IMG/VR virus record: IMGVR_UViG_3300020046_004077
Strand: one strand, 5' to 3'
Origin: a virus
Taxonomy: Duplodnaviria; Heunggongvirae; Uroviricota; Caudoviricetes
Length of the DNA stretch: 28,792 nucleotides
The position numbers and the translations under genes are program-made. Shown here in pieces: positions 14,250 to 23,415 of the stretch (within the stretch, counting starts at the first letter, position 1; every line of letters begins with the position of its first letter). Under the pieces are notes generated by a model. The model was not told the DNA's origin. It searched no databases and saw nothing but the letters and a program-made list of their open reading frames with translations.

Positions 14250-17200
14250 ATCTGTACATCATATTAGTCTCCAGTAACAGGAAGCGGTTGTTAACTACGT
14301 TATCGTATTCGAACCTGCAAACTACATATTTATCTGTAAATTTGCGCTGGTCATACCACTCCATGTTTGTATTAAGCTTTGTAGGATCAATTGTAAAATC
14401 CTGGTAAAAACCAAATAGGAAACCGGGGCTTATTACATAATCTCTAATATCGTTGAAGTACCATGTTCTGGTAACATTTCTAATACTTGTAGAGTAGAAT
14501 GAGTCAAGTTCTGTGTATCTTGACAAGCTTATCCTTCCTGTACAGTGGTCTGCAGAACGTAATGTTAAATGGGTACAAGTAGTGTTATAATCGTAGCTAG
14601 TACTGTATTGTCCTTCAATCATACCTTGAGGGTAAGATTCAGATACCCATTCAAGAGCAGCAAATTGTTTATTCTCCGCAGGTTCTGGGTTAAATACAGC
14701 GTCTACGTAAGATGAATAAATAGTATCTCCGTAGTATCTGCCTTTCTGTATAGAAGCTTCCGGAACAGGATTGTTCAAGTAGAAGATATTATCTTTTATT
14801 GAATATAGGTTGTTATCTGCCGTATTGAACATGTAATCCGGAGTGTAATCGTGGAAAGAAGTCCAGGTTCTCTTAGATGGGTTATAGCTTAATGTCCATG
14901 ATTCATCACCGTTCTTTTTAGAGACAATAAGCCTATTCATTCTTTCATCATAAGCCGATGTATAACCATTTGAAGTGAATGGATTATCTTCATTTACACC
15001 CATGAAGTCACGAAAGAAAGCTCTCATTCCATTAGATGATATTTCCTGCAGCTGTTCCCCATCATACAAGAAATACTTTCCTGTCTTGTCGTCCGGAAAT
15101 ACGTAGCCTAACTTAGTCATAACACAAGCGAACTTATGTTGTGTTCCTGCATAGTTTGGTACTGGTTCTTCAGGAGCTAACTGGAATAGGTTAGAAGATT
15201 GAAAGAATACGTTTTCTTCCTGAGCTTCTACTTGAATATCTGTTCTTGTTCTGAAGAAGCTATCTTGTGTGTGGATTATTAACTGCTTGTTCTTGAAACC
15301 TTGCAAGTTAGTTATATCTCCCCTGTTACTACCTATTACTACTCTATCACCAGCTTTGAACACACTCCAAGAGAATTCCTCAGATTCTTCATTCTGTACT
15401 TTAGAGTAAACAATTGTGTTAGGGAATTCTGTCTGATTTATAACATCGGGGTGTTTAATAACTCCTACCGTATAAGTATTTGAAGCGTTGTAATCTTCTG
15501 TATACATTACTTGGTTAACAGGACTATTTGTATCAATGAGTGATCTAATATCAATATCTGTTTTAGGAAAAGGATCATCCTCAATGATAACAGAGTATAG
15601 AGTTCTTACATCTACCTTACCGTGGTAGTAAGTTGATAAGTTACCTGTTTCCTGGTAGCGGTAGTTAAAGTTGTATCTTGAATAACCTACATACGCTTTC
15701 CAGGCTCTTACTCCTTGGGTAGTTCTTTTTACATCTATGTTGTCTGCATCTGTACTTCTTGGCCCAGCTGATAAATAACTCATGTAACAAATGTAAGAAT
15801 CTCCTCCGTAAATAGAGGATAAACTTGTATCTGTTGGTTGTCCGTATTCTCTTGTTGGAACTAAATCTTGTGAGTTAAATGAGTTATGGACTGAAGAGAG
15901 AAGACTGAAGTATTGCATGTACATAGTATCCTCTTTTCCGTTATCCGGATCAGAAGTACCATCAAACTCTTCAAATTGTTCAGTGGGGCCTGTTGTATTA
16001 GCTGCGGCCATGTGCAATCTTGTAAATTCCAGGCTACTGAATGAAGATCCCGGACTAATAGTTGCTGCAAATACTCCTTCAGAACTCTGTGTTTTTACAG
16101 TATCATCCAAAGCGTTTTCCGGAACATATCTAAAGTTATCTAACCGTTTGATAAATGGAGTTATGTTAGTTCTTGTGGTTTGGGTTGGTACAGTGTAATC
16201 TACAACCATAGAAGCCACATAACTTTCGTTCGCTTGCCCGTCTGTTATGTAACCTCCAGCTATTGTTATTGTACCACCCTCACTCCTGAAACCTGAATAA
16301 GATTCATTAAGATTCTTTCTTCTTAGTTTATAAAAGAAGTTTGCGTAGGTAGGAGTGACAGAAGCTGTGTTAAATAGCATGTCCAAACTGTGTCCACGTA
16401 TACTGTCAGTTTCAACATCAGGCATTTCTCTATTTGTACCACTTTCTTCAAACTCTGTTCTCCAATTTCCACCTGATGACCATCTGATGTTTGGATCATC
16501 TGTAGGAGAAGTACTGAATTGTAGTAAATCACTTCCTTGTACCAAAGAGTTTTGTGGATCTTTCTTAGCGAAGAAAATCTTCCATCTGGAAATGTTTTCC
16601 TGTATCTCTGTTGGAATGTTTACGTTACTTACGTTAATACCTAATACAGGTAAAGCACTCACTCCAAATGTAGAGAATCCTGAATATGTATCAGCTAATT
16701 TACCTGCAGTAGGAAATCTGTGGTGTCTTACTGCAAGTCCTCTTAAATCCCCGGCTAATGAACCTACAAATGAGGGATCGTTAGGGTATGTTTCATTACT
16801 ATTTTCCCAGTAGCCCATGTTGGAGTAGCCTCCTCCAGCATTGGTTGTGTTTTCTACCTGAAATCTTTTATACGTAATTCCCTCATCTGTTACAGTTTGT
16901 GTTTCTGTACCAACAGCAGCTCTTCCTGGAATGTGGTAGAATGCCCAACCACCTTTCTTTAATTCTACTCCAAGGTAGAAAGCATATACTTCTCCAGGCA
17001 TGAAGGTTGGAGGAAGAACATCTTTGTGTGTTCCTGTGTTACTTATTACTGAAGTTAATGAAGCAGTGTAGTCTATCTTTATATCCAAAGCTGCAGCTTG
17101 CAGATCCGGTAGGTCAGGAGAAGTAAGGTTTCCCAAATACAGCCTTCCTGCTAATTGAGTAATAGCTTTTGCATTGTTGTATATAGCTGTAGGAGTTAGC

Positions 17201-18039
17201 ACCTCATCTATTGCTACTTCAGTTGCTGTTTCATTTCCTGTTATTGTAATAGAAAGTGTACTGCTTGTAGTGCGTTCAGGTAGTTTGTAAGCTCTTACTA
17301 TACCATCTATTATTGAAATGTAACCTACAGTAATCGAACTGAAATTAGTATCAACTCCTGTTAATGTAAAAGTAACAGACTTATTTGAAATGGTTCCTGG
17401 CTCAGCTCCATCGTTTTGGTTAAAAGCAATTGACTTACTATCGTCATTTATAACAAAATTAAAGTCGTGTACAAACCAACTAGTAGATGGTTGTTCATCG
17501 CTGCTATACTGAGTTATAGGTATTAGAGTTCCTGTAGGCAGGCTACCTCCTGTATCATTAATAACAGGCGAGATGAGTGTAGGGTTTTGAATGTCGGGGA
17601 AAGTATCTAAGTCTGAGATGTTGTTAATATCACTTAAGTTGTCTATATCCAGTATTCTTGGACTGTTAATATCGTCTATCCACGCAACTACCCTTCCTCC
17701 TGTTGCTCCCTTTCTGTACTCTCCTTTTATAGGAGCAGAAGTACTGAAGTTGAGATCAGGATCGTTATAGATTTGTGTATAATTGAGAGTAGACCCGGTT
17801 CTTGTAATAAGTCCTATTTCTGAGTCAGTATCATCTGTAGAAAAGACTACAAAATCATTTCTAACCGGAATTACTCCTATGAGAGTATAGGGAGTTAGTT
17901 CTTCAAATTGTAAGAATCCATCCTCGTTTTCCAAACTACCAAGCATGTTAGAATCAACCATATTCTTAGCGAATCGGTAGGTTCCTTGAGGTTGATCCTT
18001 TTCAACACAATCGGTGTATAGTCCTTTAATTAATTGCAT
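14239..18039 (-). CDS. Tail muzzle / tail stabilisation protein (P22 gp10-like, crAss Tstab), 1266 aa
   Basis: The N-terminus KGLYTD...PQGTYRFAKN resembles the G(M/L)xxD...PxGxYxxAxN start of this family. It has beta-propeller-like segments (RLYLGN, WTSFHDYTPDY), the expected size, and sits just before the cargo genes. Confidence 0.75.
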   Translation of the reverse strand: MQLIKGLYTDCVEKDQPQGTYRFAKNMVDSNMLGSLENEDGFLQFEELTPYTLIGVIPVRNDFVVFSTDDTDSEIGLITRTGSTLNYTQIYNDPDLNFSTSAPIKGEYRKGATGGRVVAWIDDINSPRILDIDNLSDINNISDLDTFPDIQNPTLISPVINDTGGSLPTGTLIPITQYSSDEQPSTSWFVHDFNFVINDDSKSIAFNQNDGAEPGTISNKSVTFTLTGVDTNFSSITVGYISIIDGIVRAYKLPERTTSSTLSITITGNETATEVAIDEVLTPTAIYNNAKAITQLAGRLYLGNLTSPDLPDLQAAALDIKIDYTASLTSVISNTGTHKDVLPPTFMPGEVYAFYLGVELKKGGWAFYHIPGRAAVGTETQTVTDEGITYKRFQVENTTNAGGGYSNMGYWENSNETYPNDPSFVGSLAGDLRGLAVRHHRFPTAGKLADTYSGFSTFGVSALPVLGINVSNVNIPTEIQENISRWKIFFAKKDPQNSLVQGSDLLQFSTSPTDDPNIRWSSGGNWRTEFEESGTNREMPDVETDSIRGHSLDMLFNTASVTPTYANFFYKLRRKNLNESYSGFRSEGGTITIAGGYITDGQANESYVASMVVDYTVPTQTTRTNITPFIKRLDNFRYVPENALDDTVKTQSSEGVFAATISPGSSFSSLEFTRLHMAAANTTGPTEQFEEFDGTSDPDNGKEDTMYMQYFSLLSSVHNSFNSQDLVPTREYGQPTDTSLSSIYGGDSYICYMSYLSAGPRSTDADNIDVKRTTQGVRAWKAYVGYSRYNFNYRYQETGNLSTYYHGKVDVRTLYSVIIEDDPFPKTDIDIRSLIDTNSPVNQVMYTEDYNASNTYTVGVIKHPDVINQTEFPNTIVYSKVQNEESEEFSWSVFKAGDRVVIGSNRGDITNLQGFKNKQLIIHTQDSFFRTRTDIQVEAQEENVFFQSSNLFQLAPEEPVPNYAGTQHKFACVMTKLGYVFPDDKTGKYFLYDGEQLQEISSNGMRAFFRDFMGVNEDNPFTSNGYTSAYDERMNRLIVSKKNGDESWTLSYNPSKRTWTSFHDYTPDYMFNTADNNLYSIKDNIFYLNNPVPEASIQKGRYYGDTIYSSYVDAVFNPEPAENKQFAALEWVSESYPQGMIEGQYSTSYDYNTTCTHLTLRSADHCTGRISLSRYTELDSFYSTSIRNVTRTWYFNDIRDYVISPGFLFGFYQDFTIDPTKLNTNMEWYDQRKFTDKYVVCRFEYDNVVNNRFLLLETNMMYRYAR

Positions 18040-18040
18040 C

Positions 18041-18430
18041 TTACAGTGCTATTATTGTTACTGTAGTTATAGCTATTATAGTAATAATTGCCTTGATTCT
18101 TGTTCTTCTGAGTTGCTTTTTGAGATCTTTATTCTTAGCTTTCTCAAAAGCTAGAAGTTCGTCTTTCCTAGCAACTACCTTTTTGTACTCTTGTTCATTG
18201 AGCTTGTACTCAATTATTTGTTGAGCGTTAATCTCATCCTTATGCTTGTATATTAAAATAATTGAATCCTTTTTTACCAATTCAACTTTAGCTGCATCGA
18301 ATAGAATGAGATCATCAATTATCCCGTTAACAGTACGGATGTCTAATGTTACAGAGTCCTGACTAAATGCTGTTAAGCTAGTTAGAAGGAGTAGAATAAC
18401 GATCCACAAGCCATTGTTTCTTTTGTTCAT
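18041..18430 (-). CDS. Spanin-like membrane protein with an SPI-type signal (TAFS|Q) and a C-terminal TM helix, 129 aa
   Basis: Hydrophobic N-terminus ending AFSQ, a charged coiled-coil middle, and a basic stretch followed by hydrophobic AIITIIAITTVTIIAL. It overlaps the upstream gene by 53 nt and contains no cysteine. Confidence 0.45.
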   Translation of the reverse strand: MNKRNNGLWIVILLLLTSLTAFSQDSVTLDIRTVNGIIDDLILFDAAKVELVKKDSIILIYKHKDEINAQQIIEYKLNEQEYKKVVARKDELLAFEKAKNKDLKKQLRRTRIKAIITIIAITTVTIIAL

Positions 18431-18737
18431 TGCTTAGGTTTTTTACTTGTTTTCTTTTCTGTTCCACTTTTACCCCATCCTGTTCTAAGCTCTTTTCCAG
18501 CTTTAGAATAAGAAGTGAATCCTTTTTACTACTATCTTCAAGAATCTCTATCTTCTTCTCTCTTTCTTTAATAATCTTTAAAGATTGCTTATTCTGCTTC
18601 TCTAACTGTTTTACGTGCTTCTCTTGTAATTCAAGAAGTTCTTTATTTTTATTCTTCCCGGTGTAGAAAGCTCCTAAAGCCATCCCTATAATGATGGCTA
18701 ACATAAGTACTCCTACCTGTAGTTTATACTTGTCCAT
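18378..18737 (-). CDS. i-spanin (Rz)-like protein, 119 aa
   Basis: A single N-terminal TM helix (VGVLMLAIIIGMALGAFY) is followed by a K/E/Q-rich coiled coil. It lies directly after the holin-like gene. Confidence 0.55.
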   Translation of the reverse strand: MDKYKLQVGVLMLAIIIGMALGAFYTGKNKNKELLELQEKHVKQLEKQNKQSLKIIKEREKKIEILEDSSKKDSLLILKLEKSLEQDGVKVEQKRKQVKNLSNEQKKQWLVDRYSTPSN

Positions 18738-18987
18738 TTTGTATCTCTTCTACTTTGTCTTCTGTAGCAAATGAAGTTATTGTAGTTCCAAGCCATTGTA
18801 AGCCAGCGAGACTAATTACGAAAATAAAGTATGCCCGTTTACTCATGATGTCTTCACTAATCTGCAATCCGGCTACTACCATCTGTATTGTTGTTCCAAA
18901 GTGGCTTATAGCTTGCCCGATTTTTACAGCCCGCAAAGGAGTAGGAGCTTCAAATCTTCTTTTAAGTTCTTTTAAAGGTTGTTTCAT
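18724..18987 (-). CDS. Putative holin, ~87 aa
   Basis: A basic N-terminus (KELKRRFEAPTP), two hydrophobic segments and an acidic C-terminus. The ATG at 18987 lies 1 nt after the upstream TAA and is preferred over the track's GTG at 19008. Confidence 0.55.
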   Translation of the reverse strand: MKQPLKELKRRFEAPTPLRAVKIGQAISHFGTTIQMVVAGLQISEDIMSKRAYFIFVISLAGLQWLGTTITSFATEDKVEEIQNGQV

Positions 18988-18988
18988 G

Positions 18989-19789
18989 TTATGCAAAGAA
19001 TGTTTCACCGTAATACATAGGAGGAATTAATCTCACTATAGTTCTGTTCAGCTTTGCTGCTGAATCAGGTGAGTAGTAACTAACCTCATTCATACCTCTT
19101 GTTGCGTATTGTTCAAAGTACGTATCTGCTTCTTTGTAAGTAAACACCTTATGTTCATAACCAGACCCTATTAATCTTCTGATAATATGCCATTCTAAGG
19201 CTTGCTTATAGTTTTCATTATCCGGAATTAGGGGGTAGCCTTCATCACACGTAGGAATAGCCCAGTAAGTCATTTTAACGTACCCACATTCAAAAGAAGT
19301 TTGAATCATGTTTCCTTTTATTGTGTAGTAGTCTGTGTGATATATTTGAGCTGGAGTTAAATCCCCTCCCTGTATGTTAATAATAATGTTAGGTTCTTCA
19401 GTTGGATAACCTGTAGTTCCATCTGAACTTTGGTTTATCCAAGGATTAGAGTAAAAGATGTTGGGTCGAGCTGCATCATCTTTATTTATTCTGTAGTTGG
19501 TTACTTTGGATTCTTCAAAGATTCTCCGGCCGTTAGCATCTTCTAACTTCTCCATTGCAACATAGCCACAAGGAAGTTGAACACAATAATTTCTTACCTG
19601 TAATGCCCCAGGACAGTTCTCATCTTCAGAAGTGACTAATTCAAGGGAGTTGGTTACCTGTAACATTCCCATACCTTCAGCTATCCATTCCAGTATATCA
19701 TCATGGTATACAGATGGTAGTTTATAACCAAGAGCTCTTATAACTCTTGCCAGGATTTCTTTTCCAGATACAAATCTATGTCTAGGCAT
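18989..19789 (-). CDS. Tail ring / tail tubular protein (P22 gp4-like, crAss Ttub), 266 aa
   Basis: Motifs DDILEWIAEG, YTIKGNMIQTSFECGYVKMTYWAIPT and GYPLIPDNENYKQALEWHI resemble crAss-like ring proteins. It lies upstream of the muzzle gene. Confidence 0.7.
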   Translation of the reverse strand: MPRHRFVSGKEILARVIRALGYKLPSVYHDDILEWIAEGMGMLQVTNSLELVTSEDENCPGALQVRNYCVQLPCGYVAMEKLEDANGRRIFEESKVTNYRINKDDAARPNIFYSNPWINQSSDGTTGYPTEEPNIIINIQGGDLTPAQIYHTDYYTIKGNMIQTSFECGYVKMTYWAIPTCDEGYPLIPDNENYKQALEWHIIRRLIGSGYEHKVFTYKEADTYFEQYATRGMNEVSYYSPDSAAKLNRTIVRLIPPMYYGETFFA

Positions 19790-20333
19790 GTAGCACTTGT
19801 TTAATTACTTTCCAATGTTTTAATCTATCCTCCCATCCATTAGGTAATCCAGTTTTCTTGTTTACCCCGTTGATTCTTTTTGAGATAAGAAGGAAAGCTT
19901 CTTCTGTGTTCTTGTCTGCTAATTCATTTAACCCTTTTGATTTCCAGAACCAACCCGCTGACATTGCAGCTGCTCCTGGTAATTCAAGGTGTGTAGGGTT
20001 AGCTATAAAATCATAATTTAATGCTTTACCTACAAGTTCGTAGTTTGTTCTACCTGTTATTTGAATTAGTCCTCTTCCTTTGAATTTAGATCCATCTCCA
20101 GGTTGAGTGTTCCCTAAGTCTTTCCGTCCTTCATAAGCAATTCCATCTGCTAATTCGCGAACATACCTTAAACTACCCGACTCATGAGCTAGTTGTGCCA
20201 AGAAGGCAGCTTGTCTTGCAGGAGTATTAATCTCAAATTTCTCCATTGTTTGAATTAATGGAGAGTAGAATCTGAGAATGTTACCCATATTAGCTGAGGG
20301 TAGAGCGGCTTTAAGTTGTTCTATTGTTATCAT
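19782..20333 (-). CDS. Glycoside hydrolase family 19 endolysin, 183 aa
   Basis: GH19 signatures AAFLAQLAHESG (catalytic Glu), YEGRKDLGNTQPGDG, FKGRGLIQITGRTNY, SAGWFW and RINGV. No signal peptide. Confidence 0.93.
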   Translation of the reverse strand: MITIEQLKAALPSANMGNILRFYSPLIQTMEKFEINTPARQAAFLAQLAHESGSLRYVRELADGIAYEGRKDLGNTQPGDGSKFKGRGLIQITGRTNYELVGKALNYDFIANPTHLELPGAAAMSAGWFWKSKGLNELADKNTEEAFLLISKRINGVNKKTGLPNGWEDRLKHWKVIKQVLHA

Positions 20334-20908
20334 TCTACTTTACTCATGTGGTTTTCATAAACCATGTGTAGTGTTGGATTTAACCTATTAGCTAAAACTA
20401 ATTTACCTCTGTTTCCAAGTTTATTTGGACTGTTGTCTCCCGCAGTCTTACTTCTATTACCAGTTGGTACAAATTTATATACTGTTTGGTTCTTCACTCT
20501 ACAAATGCTTTTCTTTGCCCAAGCCCACCGTAAGTACCAAGGGTCAGAGAAGTATACTAACCAAGCATGTCCTTCGGTTGATCCTGCTTTTCTAGGTTCC
20601 AATCCGGCAGCAATCAGCTCTGCTTTTATTCTTTTACTTTCCCCCCAATCTACTTCCAGTTTCTCGTACCTACGTCTTATTTTCTTTATAAGAAGATTTC
20701 CTATTCTATTTCCAAAATTCAAGACTTGACCATAAATTACAGCGTCAGAAACTTTCTTGTTAAACCTGGATATTACTTCCTTAAACATCCAATAGGGTTC
20801 TTTTGAATCAGGATTTTTTTGTCTGTAATAAGCATACATCTCCTTTGTCGAGTGAGACTTTGGAGTTGCTATTTTCTTACCTCTCTTTTGTTCTAGTTCT
20901 TGTGTCAT
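20330..20908 (-). CDS. IHF/HU-like DNA-binding protein of the crAss-like tail module, 192 aa
   Basis: A basic protein with an HU-like helix/strand pattern (FKEVISRFNKKVSDAVIYGQVLNFGNRIGNLLIKK) and a VDW...WxK...NQTVYKFVPT tail. It lies between two ring genes. Confidence 0.55.
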   Translation of the reverse strand: MTQELEQKRGKKIATPKSHSTKEMYAYYRQKNPDSKEPYWMFKEVISRFNKKVSDAVIYGQVLNFGNRIGNLLIKKIRRRYEKLEVDWGESKRIKAELIAAGLEPRKAGSTEGHAWLVYFSDPWYLRWAWAKKSICRVKNQTVYKFVPTGNRSKTAGDNSPNKLGNRGKLVLANRLNPTLHMVYENHMSKVE

Positions 20909-21561
20909 GCTTTATTCTGTTCGTCTACTGTTACTTCTGCTTGTTCGGTTGCAAGAAGTATCTTTAATTCATTTTTAAGTATATCCTGAATCATAGTATT
21001 TAATATATCATCAGGAATGTCGTATTGATCATCGTCTGTGTAACAAGGTACGTCCTCACATTTGAACACATTTAATTGTTGTTGGTCTGGCCAGATACCC
21101 CCTACTCCAAGATATTCTAAACTGTCCTCGTTGTACACGTAAATAAACCCGTTTGAATAAAAGTATTTAGGTCTGTCTTTAGTGTACTTTGAACCGTAGT
21201 TTAGTATCCAAGTTAACTGATCAGGGGTAGTATAGGTATAGCCATCTAACTTGTCAGGATCACCTACATAGTCAAACAGACCATAACTGGTTCTAACAGG
21301 GAGTGGAATAGGTTGAGTTGTTTTTAGAACTGTGCAATCCACGTTAACAGGACATTCTGCACGATCAACTTCCTCCAACTCTACCGTGAAGTGTTTTAAA
21401 AAGTACTTACGTTGTTCCGGATGTTTATCTATTATCTTCTGTATCCAATCAGCTCTTTTGTAGTTAACAATGAGTTTTAATTCCCGTTGTAACGGAATAG
21501 AGAATGGCTGACCTACACGATCAGCCAACATTTGAACTATGTTGTTTAAACTAACTCTCAT
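20905..21561 (-). CDS. Tail ring protein (putative), 218 aa
   Basis: Size and motifs (LKTTQPIP, KYFYSNGFIYV, YDIPDDILNTMIQDIL) resemble crAss-like ring/adaptor proteins. Synteny supports this. Confidence 0.55.
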   Translation of the reverse strand: MRVSLNNIVQMLADRVGQPFSIPLQRELKLIVNYKRADWIQKIIDKHPEQRKYFLKHFTVELEEVDRAECPVNVDCTVLKTTQPIPLPVRTSYGLFDYVGDPDKLDGYTYTTPDQLTWILNYGSKYTKDRPKYFYSNGFIYVYNEDSLEYLGVGGIWPDQQQLNVFKCEDVPCYTDDDQYDIPDDILNTMIQDILKNELKILLATEQAEVTVDEQNKA

Positions 21562-21562
21562 A

Positions 21563-23113
21563 TTATAATCCTCTGAATCCTACGCATGTTACGTAAGTGT
21601 TTGTTGCAGTTGTTAAACAAGCTGCGTTTATAGCTGTAGCAGCTGTTCCTTTTAAAGGAGTCAAAAATTGAGCTGAACTTGTTCCGTTTGCTGGAGCGTA
21701 ACCTCTCCAAATAACAGTAGAGCCGTCTTTTAGTTCAACTACAGTTGCTGTAGCAGAGCTGTTGACAAGAGTCACCCCTGTTACATAGTTACGTACACCG
21801 GCACCACCAGAAGCTATTACAGCTGTATCTGCAGTGTTTGTAATTGCCGCTGTAACACCTTGCACTTGGTTTACAGGAGGTCCATAAGGCATACAAACAA
21901 GCTTGCCCAGGTCGTCTACTTGGATAAGGGAATAGTCGTTAGCTGCATTTGGTGCTGTACCTTGTGTTTCGTATCTAACACCAAGCATGAATACTCCAGT
22001 ATCACCCGAAGCGTGAGCTGCGTCTTCTGCTTTACCTAAGTTTGTTGCTGCTGTACCAGGGACTATAGAAGTAGTGATGCTGGATACAGAAGTTGTAGGA
22101 GTTCCTTGTATAGCTACTGGTAAAGTGGCTTGTAAAGGTTGTGGTTTAATATTAGTAATAGATACTGTTTGTGGAGCATAATCTTCTACAGATACGAATC
22201 CAATAGTCCATGTAGTGCTTGTAGCAGGTGCTGAAGTACCATTTGTACATCTAAGTTGTATGACTAATGTTTCTTCTTCTGGTACGTTTATTACTCTACT
22301 ACCTCTAAGAGTTGCTTGTATGCTTGTGGAAGAGGCTGCAAGTTGGTCTTGATAAGTAACAGATCCATCCTCCTGAGTTATAATACCCATGTGACCAGGT
22401 GAAGCAGAAGTGTTAATTGTTACTGTTGTGTCACCAGTATTCCAACCATAACGTTGACAATCAAATAAAGCACTTGTAGCTGTTGTACCACTGTATAAAA
22501 CGTGGTAATAATTCCACCCAAAGATTGAACAAGTTCCTGATCCTGAAGCTGGAAAACCAGATACAGTGTAAGTTACTGTGTCTCCAGAAACAGCAGAAAT
22601 TGCATATCTTCCTGAAATCTGTCCTGCTGTACCAGTGAAAGCGCCAAGGTACATGAATTGTCCAATGTGCTCAGTCCCAAAAGGAATAGTTCCTGAAGGA
22701 AAGGTTACAGTAATAGAAGTTGTGCTATTGATAACTAACGGTAGTCTGTCTCCTATAACATCTACAGCTTCTACAAAGAAGTTATTGTTTGCAATTCTTT
22801 GCGATAGTATAGTTTGATATTTTAGATTAAATGATCCTGAAAAGGATATATTAGATCTAACAATAGTTTCAGCGTTAGCTGTTGTTCCAGCAGTTATTAC
22901 AAGGTTACCAGCACTCTGCGCTACTGTCTGCCCAGTACCTAATCTATTTACAATACCAAACTTAGCCGGGTTTACAAAAGGAGATGCTCCTACTGATGAG
23001 AAGCTGGCTTTCCACTTCTTGAGTGGTACGGGTCTTACTGGTACCGATATGTCGTCTCCTGTAAGGATATGATCAACAATAGGAGTACCATCACTAAAAA
23101 TTACTTTTTCCAT
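21563..23113 (-). CDS. Virion structural protein (fibre/appendage-like), 516 aa
   Basis: T/S/G/A-rich beta-strand composition. It carries blocks that recur in environmental phage appendage proteins (LSQRIANNNF, GKAEDAAHASGDTGV) and a C-terminal beta-sandwich-like domain. Confidence 0.55.
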   Translation of the reverse strand: MEKVIFSDGTPIVDHILTGDDISVPVRPVPLKKWKASFSSVGASPFVNPAKFGIVNRLGTGQTVAQSAGNLVITAGTTANAETIVRSNISFSGSFNLKYQTILSQRIANNNFFVEAVDVIGDRLPLVINSTTSITVTFPSGTIPFGTEHIGQFMYLGAFTGTAGQISGRYAISAVSGDTVTYTVSGFPASGSGTCSIFGWNYYHVLYSGTTATSALFDCQRYGWNTGDTTVTINTSASPGHMGIITQEDGSVTYQDQLAASSTSIQATLRGSRVINVPEEETLVIQLRCTNGTSAPATSTTWTIGFVSVEDYAPQTVSITNIKPQPLQATLPVAIQGTPTTSVSSITTSIVPGTAATNLGKAEDAAHASGDTGVFMLGVRYETQGTAPNAANDYSLIQVDDLGKLVCMPYGPPVNQVQGVTAAITNTADTAVIASGGAGVRNYVTGVTLVNSSATATVVELKDGSTVIWRGYAPANGTSSAQFLTPLKGTAATAINAACLTTATNTYVTCVGFRGL

Positions 23114-23115
23114 TA

Positions 23116-23358
23116 TTATTCTGTTTCTTGTTTTTCTTCTTTTTCTTCTTTTTTAACTTCCAAAATTAAGTTATCTTCTTCAAGTTTTACAGAAACAACT
23201 TCTTCTGCAACTATACTTTCAGCTTCAAGAGCAATCTCGATTAAGATACTTTCTCTTGAATTTAACTCATTGTAAGCATTAGTTAGCTGCTGTTTTTGGG
23301 CTTGAATCTGGTTAAATTGATTTAGTAATTTTGGCTTTAATTTGATCTTTTGTTCCAT
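23116..23358 (-). CDS. Small acidic coiled-coil protein, 80 aa (possible fibre assembly chaperone)
   Basis: The ATG follows a consensus promoter, and the gene ends in TAATAA overlapping the next ATG. Q-rich helix, then an E-rich tail. Function is a guess. Confidence 0.5.
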   Translation of the reverse strand: MEQKIKLKPKLLNQFNQIQAQKQQLTNAYNELNSRESILIEIALEAESIVAEEVVSVKLEEDNLILEVKKEEKEEKQETE

Positions 23359-23376
23359 ATTTCTTAGTTTAACTTA

Positions 23377-23408
23377 CAAAGATAATAAGTAGTTTTATTA
23401 CCTCCAAA
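23377..23408 (-). promoter_or_regulatory. Bacteroidota sigma-A promoter (TTTG-N20-TATCTTTG)
   Basis: TTTG at 23408-23405, a 20-nt spacer and TATCTTTG at 23384-23377 form an exact match to the -33/-7 consensus TTTG-N19-21-TAnnTTTG. It is intergenic and ends 18 nt before the ATG at 23358. Confidence 0.8.
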
Positions 23409-23415
23409 TTTATTT

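Noticed and set aside
13768-14277. 169-aa plus-strand ORF
   Set aside because: It is the antisense of the Gly/Ala-rich cargo segment, which naturally yields a stop-poor Pro/Ala frame.
18987-19008. Lambda S-like dual-start holin/antiholin motif
   Set aside because: The upstream start is a GTG inside the previous gene, whereas the ATG at 18987 is well placed for coupling. Nothing supports use of both.
18378-19784. TAG-to-Gln recoding, since both TAG stops are in lysis genes
   Set aside because: There is no in-frame TAG in 3593 vRNAP codons or the other long genes. Read-through of either TAG meets another TAG within 2-5 codons.
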